A DNA stretch of 64,000 bases from an uncultured virus (IMG/VR IMGVR_UViG_3300042350_001000) (IMGVR_UViG_3300042350_001000); one strand, 5' to 3'; shown: positions 36,342 to 44,919, counted from the stretch's first letter. Made by a program: numbers and translations. Notes: a model not told the origin generated them from the sequence alone.

Positions 36342-37775
36342 CTAAACCGCGTAAGGATTGACCCGCCGAGGCCGGTCCTCGGGGTATTGGTCGTCATTAT
36401 CCGGCGGCGGAGGATCAATGACAAGCCATCCCATGTCTCGCAGCACGCGCAGGGCCTGGGACGTTGTATCCACGAGGTCGTCATGCCTGACCTCAGGGAA
36501 GGCGCAAAGCTGATTGACGAGGGGCTCAGCCCATGACCGAGGGTGGCCTTCGTTCTTCGTGCTCTCCGGAATATACACCCGACCGGCCTTGATCAGTGGG
36601 GCGATCAGGTTGACCCGCTGGACCTTGTCCGCGCCGCCGGGATTGTATGACCGACAGGGTATGTGGGCACGCCCCAGGTCCTGGAGGAGGGAGATGCCGG
36701 AGGACTTGTCTTCAACCAGAACCATGTCAGTCTTCTTGCCCTGTCCGAATTCATTGGGGTCGCCGTAAACCGTGCCGAAGTCTTCAATTACCTTCTCCTT
36801 CAGGTCAGGATATTGCAAGTGCTCCTCCCAGCAATCGATCAGCATGGCGCAAAAGCCTTTGTCTTCGCTGGGCTTGAAGATCCCCCATACGCTACAGGCT
36901 GAGGGGTCGTTGATGGTCTTCTCGGTATAGGCGCCGTCGTAGGACTGGACCACGAACTCAAAGCGCGGGAAGGGCTTCTCCGAGGGCCATAGCTTGATCC
37001 AGGCGCGTTTGATGATCCCAGCCTCTTCAGGGTCGATGATCTCGGCGTGGATCTCCTGGCGGCCCAGGGAGGTGCCCTCGTACTGCAAGATCTGCTGCTT
37101 GAACGTCCCGGCAAGGTTGGCAAGGTTGTCGTAGGTCGAAGCCTGCGTTACGACGACGTCCTCGCCGTCTCGGTTCAGCAGGTCGATGATCAGCGGCTTG
37201 GGCTTGGGCGTGGTGGTAACAACGATCCGCGGCTTGTCGCCCAGGCGGACTGAGAACATGATCTGGTCCCAGGCTGCATCGAGGTATTCCCAAGCTGCCA
37301 ACTCGTCGCACCAAGCATGGTGCCACTGAGGGCCGCGGAAGCGCTCAGGTTCACTAGCCGGTATGCCCTTGATCAGGGAGCCGTTCGTAAGGACGATCTC
37401 GTGCAGGCTCCTGGTGTACTTGACGCGGATCTCCTCGGGCATGCAGTTAAGAAGGCCTGACTCGCCTTCGATCATCGTGTCGCGGATGTCGGCCGAGGTA
37501 GGGCCCGAGATCAAGATGCGGATGTTGGGCGTCGTCCAGGCTGTATGCCAAACGTCCTCAGCGGCTGTCCTGGTCTTGCCTGCGCCCCTGCCTGCAAGTA
37601 GGAGCCATACCGTCCACCAATTGCCCTTGGGCGGGATCTGGTGCTTGTGCGCCCTCATGAGCCATTTCATCCGGGCTCTGAAGGCTGCCGCTGCTTCCGG
37701 GGGTAGCTTCTTCAGCGCCTCCTGGTGCAGGGCAAGCTTGGCTTCAATCCGCTTGCTTTGACTTGCTGTCAGCAT
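36342..37775 (-). CDS. terL: Terminase large subunit
   Basis: Walker A AGRGAGKT, Walker B WCDE, TTTP motif III, nuclease QSYD...VEDKSSG...FP...HDDLVD. Confidence 0.95.
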   Translation of the reverse strand: MLTASQSKRIEAKLALHQEALKKLPPEAAAAFRARMKWLMRAHKHQIPPKGNWWTVWLLLAGRGAGKTRTAAEDVWHTAWTTPNIRILISGPTSADIRDTMIEGESGLLNCMPEEIRVKYTRSLHEIVLTNGSLIKGIPASEPERFRGPQWHHAWCDELAAWEYLDAAWDQIMFSVRLGDKPRIVVTTTPKPKPLIIDLLNRDGEDVVVTQASTYDNLANLAGTFKQQILQYEGTSLGRQEIHAEIIDPEEAGIIKRAWIKLWPSEKPFPRFEFVVQSYDGAYTEKTINDPSACSVWGIFKPSEDKGFCAMLIDCWEEHLQYPDLKEKVIEDFGTVYGDPNEFGQGKKTDMVLVEDKSSGISLLQDLGRAHIPCRSYNPGGADKVQRVNLIAPLIKAGRVYIPESTKNEGHPRSWAEPLVNQLCAFPEVRHDDLVDTTSQALRVLRDMGWLVIDPPPPDNDDQYPEDRPRRVNPYAV

Positions 37776-38187
37776 TCTGGCGGATGCCGGTCAATTCATC
37801 GATCAGGGATTGTGCGACGTCCATTACTACGTCTACTTGCATGGGGCCTTCATCCTTGCCGGTAACCTCGTGCTTCGTTCGATCGGTGTAGTCCTTGGGG
37901 AATCTTGCGGCCATCGAGCGGGACCAGAGCGAGGTGTTCAGCGTCACGCCGTCCTTGGTCTGCTTTAGGTGATCCTGGGCTATGTCCTCCCACCATTGGA
38001 GGGCTAGTTCCTCTGAAAGGGCCAAGGCGTTAAAAAACTCTTCATGCTTTTGCGCCCAGCCCCACATAGTCACCCTAGTGACGCCTATGGTCGCGGCGAT
38101 CTGCGCCTTGCTTTTTCCCTCTCTACCCATAGCGATAACCAGTTCGCAATATTTGGGGTCGTAGTCGGTTGGTCTTCCTCCGGCCAT
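37744..38187 (-). CDS. terS: Terminase small subunit
   Basis: GRPTDY N-terminus, HTH (QIAATIGVTRVTMWGW), EVTGKDEGP C-terminus; overlaps terL. Confidence 0.85.
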   Translation of the reverse strand: MAGGRPTDYDPKYCELVIAMGREGKSKAQIAATIGVTRVTMWGWAQKHEEFFNALALSEELALQWWEDIAQDHLKQTKDGVTLNTSLWSRSMAARFPKDYTDRTKHEVTGKDEGPMQVDVVMDVAQSLIDELTGIRQNADSKSKQAD

Positions 38188-38232
38188 TCTGATTTTCCTT
38201 CAAAAATCAAGCACTTACCTATAGGATACACG

Positions 38233-38257
38233 AAAAAAAACCCCTGTGGAAGGGGTT
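38233..38257 (-). terminator. Intrinsic terminator ending the accessory operon before terS
   Basis: CCCCT-TCCAC-AGGGG hairpin followed by 8 T on the minus strand. Confidence 0.75.
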
Positions 38258-38307
38258 AACGTCGTGAGGGGAAGGACCCACAACCAGGAGACACACAGAA
38301 AACGCCC

Positions 38308-38532
38308 CTATTGTACCTCCACTTCGGGCTGCTTGTACATCCTCATCCTGATCAGGTCCGACACGCCGAACATGCCCACCGGCTCGGCCAGGGTTGCACA
38401 GACTTCCCGCTCCTCGTCGAGTAGCTGCTGGACATAGGCGGTTAGCTTGTCGATGTTGAAGGCGTACTGCTTGCCCTTGATCTGCTTGCTCTTGAGGGTT
38501 GCGATAATTTGATCTCTTAGCTCTTCGTTCAT
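38308..38532 (-). CDS. Small accessory protein with EREVCA module
   Basis: MNEELRDQ...EEREVCATLAE...DLIR; ATGA-coupled. Confidence 0.55.
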   Translation of the reverse strand: MNEELRDQIIATLKSKQIKGKQYAFNIDKLTAYVQQLLDEEREVCATLAEPVGMFGVSDLIRMRMYKQPEVEVQ

Positions 38533-38711
38533 GTTTCTTCCTTTACTTTGGGTGATCGTTCTTCGGTCCAGAATTCCTCTTCGCACTGCTTGCACTTGTG
38601 GCGGCGCTCTACGAAGTAGTAATGCCTTTCGGGGTTCCAGAATGTTCGGGTCTCGAGGATCTTGGTCTTGTACCCCTGACCCTTTGGGGTTCGGCAGTAG
38701 GGGCAGATCAT
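38529..38711 (-). CDS. Zn-ribbon protein (NrdR-N/Ogr-like), possible late regulator
   Basis: CPYC...TKILETR...RRHKCKQC...F.T.E. Confidence 0.55.
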   Translation of the reverse strand: MICPYCRTPKGQGYKTKILETRTFWNPERHYYFVERRHKCKQCEEEFWTEERSPKVKEET

Positions 38712-38756
38712 GCTCACCCGATCCAAGATTCGTATTTCATGCTTGTCCCCTTGTAG

Positions 38757-39047
38757 TCATTGCGCACCCTTTACTCGAATTTGTTCAGCCAAGCACGCGC
38801 AAATGTTGGCTTGCTCAACGTAAGCCTCCTTATCTCGATCGACTTGCAGCGATATTTTCATCAATGTTTCTGCCTCTTCTTCGCATATGTCTGCACACTC
38901 CTCACGCTCATGCGCTGCAACAAGTTCGGCGAAACGTACTAGGCTTTCTTCTTTTCTTCGCATCTGCCACGTTTCAATTGTCGGGCCGATGTCTATTGGC
39001 AGCAGCCCAGCCTGCTTCGCCATCTTGATAATGTCGTCTCTATCCAC
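38757..39047 (-). CDS. Small accessory protein with EREECA module
   Basis: GTG start after GGAG; DDIIKMAKQAG..RFAELVAAHEREECA..IRVKG. Confidence 0.55.
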   Translation of the reverse strand: MDRDDIIKMAKQAGLLPIDIGPTIETWQMRRKEESLVRFAELVAAHEREECADICEEEAETLMKISLQVDRDKEAYVEQANICACLAEQIRVKGAQ

Positions 39048-39243
39048 CGTTCTTCTCCTCCGGCTCGTGCGTACATGCGTTTTCGTAGTCAATAACGTCC
39101 TGCAACCGATAGCGAATCAATCCACCCAACTTCATGTACCGGACCCCTTTTTTGAAAGACCGGTCACGTTCCAGTGTTGCTTCGCTGATCTTCCATCGAG
39201 TAGCAAGCTCCACTTGTGTTATGAATTGCTCATTTGTTGTCAT
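39040..39243 (-). CDS. Xis/AlpA-like winged HTH protein
   Basis: T..ELA.RW.IS..TL.R.R....G..Y.KLG..IRY...DV. Confidence 0.75.
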   Translation of the reverse strand: MTTNEQFITQVELATRWKISEATLERDRSFKKGVRYMKLGGLIRYRLQDVIDYENACTHEPEEKNGG

Positions 39244-39512
39244 TGCTCACCCCTTGCTCTGATGGCGGCGGAAAAATTCAGCAGCACCGTCGCAGTCCAG
39301 CTTTGCAAGCGATGGTCAGCATCCATTGAGCTGAGGTCTACGTTCAAGAGCAAATTCGCACACGCCTCACGCTCATGCTTGGAAACAAGGGCGGCGAAGC
39401 GTTCAAGAACATCGGGGGTGGCAAAGACTTGCACATCGTCCCAGTGCTCTGGGCTTCTGAAAGGTTTGCACCCCGCCGCCCGCGCCATGCGGATGATTTC
39501 CTCGCGGTTCAT
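39240..39512 (-). CDS. Small accessory protein with EREACA module
   Basis: MNREEIIRMARAAG..LERFAALV..HEREACA..AAIRARG. Confidence 0.6.
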   Translation of the reverse strand: MNREEIIRMARAAGCKPFRSPEHWDDVQVFATPDVLERFAALVSKHEREACANLLLNVDLSSMDADHRLQSWTATVLLNFSAAIRARGEQ

Positions 39513-39823
39513 GTGTTTCCCCTTGCTCGAATGGCTTCGGCGCATAACTTCGGAAGACCCTTGGTGTAATACTTCCCAAAGGCTTCTTCCTTTTCATCGC
39601 ATACTGCTGCACAAAAGTCCCGCTCTGCCTTTCGCCCTGCCTCGAAACCTTCATGCCATGCTGCGTGTCTCTTTTCAACCCAGACGCGCTCCCTCTTTAG
39701 CGTTTGGCGCAGTTCATCAATCTCTTCTTGCATTCGCTCTTGGATCATGCGTTCGCTGATCATGCCGGTTTGATGATCGGGGTGCTCCTCGCACCTCTCT
39801 CTCCAAGTCTTAATGCGTTTCAT
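39509..39823 (-). CDS. Small accessory protein with ERDFCA module
   Basis: KAERDFCAAVCD..CAEAIRARG; coupled stop/start. Confidence 0.55.
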   Translation of the reverse strand: MKRIKTWRERCEEHPDHQTGMISERMIQERMQEEIDELRQTLKRERVWVEKRHAAWHEGFEAGRKAERDFCAAVCDEKEEAFGKYYTKGLPKLCAEAIRARGNT

Positions 39824-40071
39824 TTATTTCCCCTTGCGTTTTTAATACGTTCTTCAATCTGCCAATCCAGCTCTCTCAGCAGGTCCTCGATCGTGTCGCC
39901 ATGACCGGTCGCATAGCCGCGGTCGATCATCCACTGGGCCACTTTCTGCCGGTTGACAATCATCGCAACCGCGGCCCAGGTCTGAGCATCGTCCGCCTCG
40001 AGCTTGTCCATGAGCCCCGTTCTTTCCAGGTACGACTTTGGCTTTTGGTGCAGGTTGTGGTCGCCGCTCAT
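39820..40071 (-). CDS. Small accessory protein
   Basis: KVAQWM...YATGHGDTIEDLL.EL; coupled stop/start. Confidence 0.55.
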   Translation of the reverse strand: MSGDHNLHQKPKSYLERTGLMDKLEADDAQTWAAVAMIVNRQKVAQWMIDRGYATGHGDTIEDLLRELDWQIEERIKNARGNK

Positions 40072-40454
40072 GCTTGACTCCTTGCTCGAATAGCTGTGGC
40101 CAAGTGATTACAGGTGTTCGCATGCTCCATAACGATCCCGTCATGGTCGTCGACTTGCAGCGATATGCTGGTGAAGTTTTCTACCGCAATATCACAAAGC
40201 CTCGCGCAAGCCTCGCGCTCCTTGGCCACCGCCTCAGCGATAAGGCCTTTGATCCTGTCCTGCTCTTTTTGCCACTCTTCCCGCTGCTTTCTTTCTCGAG
40301 CCGCTTTCCACGCCTCGTTGTCTTTATGCCGCCTGCGTAGCTGGCTGACGTACTGCTGCTTGTAGCCGGTCTTTTCGGCTATCTCCCTGGTCGTAAGACT
40401 CGGGTCCTTCACCATCTCGCGGACGGCGTTATAAAGCTCGGTCGGGTCGTTCAT
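40068..40454 (-). CDS. HTH fused to EREACA module
   Basis: TTREIAEKTGYKQQYVSQL HTH; AKEREACARLCD..AIRARS. Confidence 0.6.
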   Translation of the reverse strand: MNDPTELYNAVREMVKDPSLTTREIAEKTGYKQQYVSQLRRRHKDNEAWKAARERKQREEWQKEQDRIKGLIAEAVAKEREACARLCDIAVENFTSISLQVDDHDGIVMEHANTCNHLATAIRARSQA

Positions 40455-40666
40455 ATGCGCTCCTTGATCATTTTTTTAATCCGCTCGGCTTCCGTTTTTG
40501 GGATCTGTGCCGTGTCGATAATCCTGCATACCGAGTCCCTCTCCATGCTCAGCAGCAGGTTTGCAAACCGATCGAGGTCCTTCAGGTAGGCGATGTATGC
40601 CACGTCCTCGATCGTGTCTTTAAGGCCTGCTTCCAAGGCTAGAAGGCGCAGTCTTTTATCGTCCAT
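40451..40666 (-). CDS. Small accessory protein (divergent EREACA family)
   Basis: LRLLALEAG..LDRFANLL..ERDSVC. Confidence 0.5.
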   Translation of the reverse strand: MDDKRLRLLALEAGLKDTIEDVAYIAYLKDLDRFANLLLSMERDSVCRIIDTAQIPKTEAERIKKMIKERI

Positions 40667-40859
40667 CGTCGATCTCCACAGTGATTTTGTACTTCCGGCC
40701 ATTCTCACCCTGGACGCGGACGATCTTCTTAGAACTTAGGTATGCACCCTCCGGCGTAAGGTCCAACTCGATACCGGAAGGGTCCTTCATGAGCCCGTTT
40801 GGGTCCCTTTCCAGGGACTCCAGAACGAGCGCGGCAATGTAGTCGCAGTAGATCATCAT
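40656..40859 (-). CDS. Hypothetical protein
   Basis: 67 aa ORF in a tightly packed operon. Confidence 0.5.
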   Translation of the reverse strand: MMIYCDYIAALVLESLERDPNGLMKDPSGIELDLTPEGAYLSSKKIVRVQGENGRKYKITVEIDDGR

Positions 40860-40864
40860 GGCAG

Positions 40865-41242
40865 TCAGAACGAAAAGTCGTGGTACTTCTCGCGCTCACC
40901 GAGGCGAAGGCCGCAGCCTTCCGACTTAACGAGGCGATTGGTCTCGGGGTTTATGAAGTGCTGGGCCCACTGTCCGTTCTTCATCTTGCGGAAGATCCGC
41001 TTGCAGTTGTCGGGGTTTTGTGTGTACTCGTATTGCTGCGACTCGCTCATGCCGTTGGAGTCAACGCGCTTGTAATCGTCGTCCTGCACGACAATGTAGC
41101 GCTTGGCCATATTGACCTCGACAACCGTGCAGGGGTTGCGATCGGTCCAGGAAAGCAAGGTTGCTGGCATACCAACGTAGGGCGCTGGCTCACCGACTGT
41201 CATGCGGCTGTAGAGGCTGTTTACAAGGCTTGCTGTTTGCAT
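40865..41242 (-). CDS. Hypothetical early protein
   Basis: Strong AGGAG RBS and its own promoter/leader; P.VGM.AT...WTDR...Y.D.SF. Confidence 0.65.
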   Translation of the reverse strand: MQTASLVNSLYSRMTVGEPAPYVGMPATLLSWTDRNPCTVVEVNMAKRYIVVQDDDYKRVDSNGMSESQQYEYTQNPDNCKRIFRKMKNGQWAQHFINPETNRLVKSEGCGLRLGEREKYHDFSF

Positions 41243-41330
41243 TTGGTTTCTCCTGTTTCTCACAGCGACTTGCTGTGGATAGGATTACAGCACAGTTTTT
41301 TATCCTCCTGGCTTATTTTCTTTATCCAGC
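41243..41330 (-). promoter_or_regulatory. Putative promoter with conserved 5' hairpin leader
   Basis: Extended -10-like TG-C-TGTAAT, 7 nt, then ACAGC-AAGTC-GCTGT-GAGAAACAGGAGAAAC; two GGATAAA boxes upstream. Confidence 0.55.
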
Positions 41331-41635
41331 CGACGAACGGTACGTTGCGCCCGAAGAGTGCCGACCATCAGCGCTGCCTTGGCCTGCAAATCCTGCTCCG
41401 TAATCCCGTAATGCTTGGGGAATCCCTTGGTTCCCAGGCCGTGTACGCCCGTCTTTCCCCTATGGTGCTCCGGGCACAAAGGGATGGCCTCGAAGTGCGT
41501 AGCCTTCTTGCCCATGCCAACCCCCGATCGAGGGTGATGGATCTCGGCCGGGGTCCCTGGTGTACCCAGGTGAGCGCAAAGGATGCAGCCGATCTCCGAT
41601 AGGTCGTTGAGCCACTGCTTCTCGTTGTTGGTCAT
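41300..41635 (-). CDS. Ref-family (recombination enhancement) HNH nuclease
   Basis: GCILC...EIHH.R.G.GMG.K....IPLCPEHH. Confidence 0.75.
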   Translation of the reverse strand: MTNNEKQWLNDLSEIGCILCAHLGTPGTPAEIHHPRSGVGMGKKATHFEAIPLCPEHHRGKTGVHGLGTKGFPKHYGITEQDLQAKAALMVGTLRAQRTVRRLDKENKPGG

Positions 41636-42078
41636 CGAATAGCCCTGTGTACGCGCTGATTGCGGCCGCTGTGGCCTTTTCTGCGCTCTCCGGTATCTTC
41701 AATCCAACCCTTGCGCATAAGCGGCGCTATGCGCGGCGTAACGGTCGGAGCCGCGTCGGCAGGGAAGTGCTGAAGGATCTGGTCCTTGATGCAGCCATCC
41801 TGGCCGTAGGACTGGATAACCTGTAGGACCTTAGACTCCATTGCATTTGGATCAAAAGACTTGGCAGCGTCGTGGCTCGTGTCGGGATCGGTCGATCTTG
41901 CGAAGGCCAGGGAAGATACGCCGAAAAGGTCCCGCTGCCTGCTGGCCACGCGCTTTTTGAGTGCCGCATTCCAGGCTGCCTGCCAGCAGTTTGCAAGCGT
42001 TTGGTCCTTAATGCCGGTGCTCTCGTACCATTCGCGGTAGGCGTCACGCATTGCGGGTGTATTGGCCCAGGTTCTCAT
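41632..42078 (-). CDS. Winged-helix DNA-binding protein
   Basis: AR.TDP.TSH.AA followed by wHTH (R..L.R.G.I.DTG.RR...SGR.Q.V); start uncertain. Confidence 0.6.
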   Translation of the reverse strand: MRTWANTPAMRDAYREWYESTGIKDQTLANCWQAAWNAALKKRVASRQRDLFGVSSLAFARSTDPDTSHDAAKSFDPNAMESKVLQVIQSYGQDGCIKDQILQHFPADAAPTVTPRIAPLMRKGWIEDTGERRKGHSGRNQRVHRAIR

Positions 42079-42265
42079 ATGCTTCATCCAGTTTTTGTTT
42101 GACGTTCGGTGGAATCTTGGGCAACGGCGCCCAAGCAATAAATACTTGGCTCCAGGTTCCAATGCAGGCAACGCCTGCCGGGTTAAGCAGCAGCATCTTC
42201 GAGCCAAGCGGGGGCGGGTCCTCTTCCGGATCTCGCCATTCGCAAATGCCTGCTACATGCTTCAT
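42044..42265 (-). CDS. DUF551-like small protein
   Basis: W......PP.G..MLL......G.W....AW.PLP..P. Confidence 0.5.
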   Translation of the reverse strand: MKHVAGICEWRDPEEDPPPLGSKMLLLNPAGVACIGTWSQVFIAWAPLPKIPPNVKQKLDEAYENLGQYTRNA

Positions 42266-42345
42266 AGCATTGCCCAGGCAAGCACCGCATACACCAAGCC
42301 GAATAAAGCACCGCCTAAAACGAGTGTTGTCGTGTCTGATTTCAT
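42262..42345 (-). CDS. 27-aa single-TM peptide
   Basis: MKSDTTTLVLGGALFGLVYAVLAWAML; GGAG RBS; ATGA-coupled on both sides. Confidence 0.55.
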   Translation of the reverse strand: MKSDTTTLVLGGALFGLVYAVLAWAML

Positions 42346-42578
42346 GATCTCTCCTTGTTGAATGATGTCCCGCACTTACCGCACCACCACCATGTCCAGC
42401 CCCATCCGTTGTCGTGGAACTTTCCCTGGGTATGTCCTTCCTTTTCGCAGTCCTCGACCAATTGCCTCCTTGCTGGGTTGTAGACCTTCCGGTCGTACTC
42501 GGCCATGACCTCTTTCATCTTTTCCTGTCGCGCCTTGTCGATCTCATACCTGCGCGTCCATATGTTCTTATCGCTCAT
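42342..42578 (-). CDS. Small Zn-finger-like protein
   Basis: C...GH...CGKCG. Confidence 0.5.
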   Translation of the reverse strand: MSDKNIWTRRYEIDKARQEKMKEVMAEYDRKVYNPARRQLVEDCEKEGHTQGKFHDNGWGWTWWWCGKCGTSFNKERS

Positions 42579-42908
42579 TTAATTCTTTCGGTAGTAGTAG
42601 GCCCAGGCCCCGCGATCCAGGCGCCGTTTGAACAGCGAGGTCTTGCTGATCAGCCCCCTTCCCTCGAGCGCCCTTATCATCTTCAGGGCGTTTTGCGGAG
42701 TGCAATTGAACTCGTCGGCCAAGTCTTGCAGCGACTTCCAATCCTTAAGTGCCTCAAGGTATGCAAGCTGCGTTGGCGTTAACGGCCTTGGCGCTACACG
42801 CTTGATGATCAGCTTGCCAAACTGCTTAACCGACTCCTCAAATTCTGGACGACCCGAGATCATTACCCCAGCCTTCTTGGCAAGCGCAAGAACCTCATGG
42901 CTGTTCAT
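42579..42908 (-). CDS. wHTH protein with LAKKAG N-terminal module
   Basis: LTPTQ..YL....SLQDLA.......A...IRALE.RGLI. Confidence 0.55.
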   Translation of the reverse strand: MNSHEVLALAKKAGVMISGRPEFEESVKQFGKLIIKRVAPRPLTPTQLAYLEALKDWKSLQDLADEFNCTPQNALKMIRALEGRGLISKTSLFKRRLDRGAWAYYYRKN

Positions 42909-43263
42909 GGTTCTTATCCTTCAGTTTGCCAATCTCAGCGGCGGCTCTGACGATGGCGCGGCGAGTTGCGGCTTTTGGGTCATCGCCCTTTATCTCCCCG
43001 ACCTCAATCATTGACGGGATATGCTGGGCGCATACATTTGCATACGGCACCTTCTCATCGGCAAATGTCCAGCCGTGATGAACGCCGATGTCTAAATCGA
43101 CCATCAAGCGAAAAGCATCTTTGTCGTCGCGGAATGGGCTCCATATGGACGCGCCGGACTCCTTTCCGACCCACAAAAGACAGTTCGTCTTCGGCCTATA
43201 CATGGTTGGCTCAACATACCCCGCCGCTTTTGCGGCATACCTCAACAGTTCTTCGTCCGTCAT
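42895..43263 (-). CDS. NinX-like accessory protein
   Basis: AAKAAG..WSP..D..DAFRL...ATRRAIVRAAAEIG. Confidence 0.5.
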   Translation of the reverse strand: MTDEELLRYAAKAAGYVEPTMYRPKTNCLLWVGKESGASIWSPFRDDKDAFRLMVDLDIGVHHGWTFADEKVPYANVCAQHIPSMIEVGEIKGDDPKAATRRAIVRAAAEIGKLKDKNHEQP

Positions 43264-43706
43264 CCATTGCGCTCCTTTAGCTTGCGTAGTAGCTCAACGC
43301 GTTCCAAGTCCCACGCCTTTTGCTTTTGAGCCATAGTGCTGTTTGCCATATGGTCACACCGTTCAGCGTGAAGGAGTTGGGTTTCAATCATCTCGTCAAT
43401 TAATTCAACCTCGCGCTCCGTCAGCCCAACCCATTGTTTCTTTGGCGGTGCGGTGTAGAGAGGTATGTCATCTTGATTGGGGCCGATCAGGTTGCCTTCT
43501 TCGTCAAATTTTGATGATTGATACCACCAAAGCTCCCCCTTGCCACCATCGGTAATCCACGCCACCGGTTCTTGCTCTGTCTCTAATGCTTCGTGCAACC
43601 GGCGCAGTTCGGCGGCTGCATCACCGCACAGGCCGTTTCGACTGAACTGTCGATCAAGTTCATCCAAAGCATCAGCCAGCCGCAGGGCTTTGGGTAGTGT
43701 GCTCAT
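43260..43706 (-). CDS. Modular accessory protein (EPVAW...PLYTAP...WVGLT)
   Basis: ALRLADAL..AAAELRRL, EPVAW, PLYTAP, WVGLT. Confidence 0.6.
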   Translation of the reverse strand: MSTLPKALRLADALDELDRQFSRNGLCGDAAAELRRLHEALETEQEPVAWITDGGKGELWWYQSSKFDEEGNLIGPNQDDIPLYTAPPKKQWVGLTEREVELIDEMIETQLLHAERCDHMANSTMAQKQKAWDLERVELLRKLKERNG

Positions 43707-43941
43707 GTGTTCTTTTCCTCAAGGAAACTGTCTATGGCGTTTATAAGCTCCGCTCTGTCGGTGTATTTATCGTAGAACTCTTCTGCTTCATTTAGTGTCA
43801 GCCCAACCCATTGCTTCTTTTGTGGTGCGGTGTAGAGGGGGTTGCATTTAAATCCCATTTCATCCATATACCGTTTACTACGAGACACATCGCCGCCCTC
43901 TGATATCCACGCCACCGGTTCTTGCTCTGTCTCTAATGCTT
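43555..43941. repeat. 37-bp exact direct repeat (43555-43591 and 43905-43941)
   Basis: ATCCACGCCACCGGTTCTTGCTCTGTCTCTAATGCTT occurs twice; a second near-identical block of about 40 bp lies at ~43421 and ~43798. Confidence 0.9.
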
Positions 43942-44023
43942 GGCGCAGGGCTATCGCTGCTCTTAATTGGATGTCTGGGTTGTCTGACTCCAGCGCCTCA
44001 AGCGCCAGTTGCATAGCGCTCAT
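43703..44023 (-). CDS. Modular accessory protein (EPVAW...PLYTAP...WVGLT)
   Basis: AMQLALEALE..ALRQAL, EPVAW, PLYTAP, WVGLT. Confidence 0.6.
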   Translation of the reverse strand: MSAMQLALEALESDNPDIQLRAAIALRQALETEQEPVAWISEGGDVSRSKRYMDEMGFKCNPLYTAPQKKQWVGLTLNEAEEFYDKYTDRAELINAIDSFLEEKNT

Positions 44024-44193
44024 GCTTGATCGTTGTCCAGCAGTTTCCACTCTTCGCCCTCCTTCACCGTCTTTTTTGCGTCGTTCATACCGGCCTGCCA
44101 GCCTGCGACAAAGGCCATGTAAAAGTGCCCCTTGGATTTGGGATTGAGCCCCTGGAGCCTTGCAAAGGCCTCCCAGTCGGTTTGCATGCTCAT
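44020..44193 (-). CDS. Hypothetical protein
   Basis: MSMQTDWEAF...AFVAGWQAG; coupled stop/start. Confidence 0.45.
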   Translation of the reverse strand: MSMQTDWEAFARLQGLNPKSKGHFYMAFVAGWQAGMNDAKKTVKEGEEWKLLDNDQA

Positions 44194-44522
44194 ACCGTCA
44201 CCTTCCCTTCGGTGCGCAAATTGGCCTGCTCTGAGCGCCATACATCCACCCTGGCCTGGGCGGCGATCAGCTTCCATCGAAGCTCCTCCTCGATCTCGAC
44301 CGCGTCTCGGATACCTTTCAAAAGTTCGATGTATTCCGGGTGCGCGTAGGCGTCCCTTTCCTGGGCGTTAACGGTCGTCTCCAAGGACGTCTGCATGAGC
44401 AGGGCCTTCTTCGACTTGCGGAATTCTTCCAGATAGATCCTCTGGGCCTTAGCGTCAGCAAAGCGCCGACCGTGCGTGATGATGTAGTCGATCGCTTGAT
44501 GCGGGTCGTGTTCAGTTTTCAT
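44190..44522 (-). CDS. Helical phage protein of unknown function
   Basis: RKSKKA.LM...AQERDAYA.PEY...WRS.QAN.R.E. Confidence 0.55.
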   Translation of the reverse strand: MKTEHDPHQAIDYIITHGRRFADAKAQRIYLEEFRKSKKALLMQTSLETTVNAQERDAYAHPEYIELLKGIRDAVEIEEELRWKLIAAQARVDVWRSEQANLRTEGKVTV

Positions 44523-44919
44523 AGATCCTCACTTTCACCATGCCTCCTATGGTTGCTCGGTAGATTCTTAGGTCATCGATCTGGCTATCGTCTTCCCATA
44601 TGCCTGCGTAGGTCAGGGCGTCGAGCAAGCTTTTGAGGATGTTGTCCAGGTCGCGCTTTCTTTTGTCGGGTGGCCAAGCCTCGATCTCGACCCTCAAGCG
44701 GCCGGTATGCAGCTTGCGCTTAGTGGCAACGAGGCCTTGAACCGCGGTCCGGTATATCTGGCCTTCTTTAGCGATGTAAACGATCGTCGCGCCGCCCTTG
44801 TTCGCATGCCGCCAGTAGGTGTTCACCGTCGGCGGCCAGGGCAGTGAGACTTCAAAAGTCGGGGTTGAATCGGTAGGGGTTTGCACCGGCAGCCTCCACG
44901 AATTGTTGGGATTGAGCAT
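44512..44919 (-). CDS. rusA: RusA-family Holliday junction resolvase
   Basis: LPWPPTVN.YW, PPD.R.RDLDN..K...DAL..AG...DDSQI; start uncertain. Confidence 0.9.
   Translation of the reverse strand: MLNPNNSWRLPVQTPTDSTPTFEVSLPWPPTVNTYWRHANKGGATIVYIAKEGQIYRTAVQGLVATKRKLHTGRLRVEIEAWPPDKRKRDLDNILKSLLDALTYAGIWEDDSQIDDLRIYRATIGGMVKVRIYEN

Noticed and set aside
39040..39243. Xis-like gene as evidence of an integrated prophage
   Set aside because: No integrase, att site, cI or host genes are visible in the window.
38887..39759. 290-aa plus-strand ORF
   Set aside because: Antisense to a tightly coupled minus-strand operon; no recognisable motifs.
40799..41602. 267-aa plus-strand ORF
   Set aside because: Antisense to the Ref-like gene and a gene with a strong RBS and promoter.
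43421..43941. CRISPR array or DGR template/variable repeat
   Set aside because: Only two in-frame coding copies, no adenine-specific mismatch pattern, and no cas or reverse transcriptase gene.
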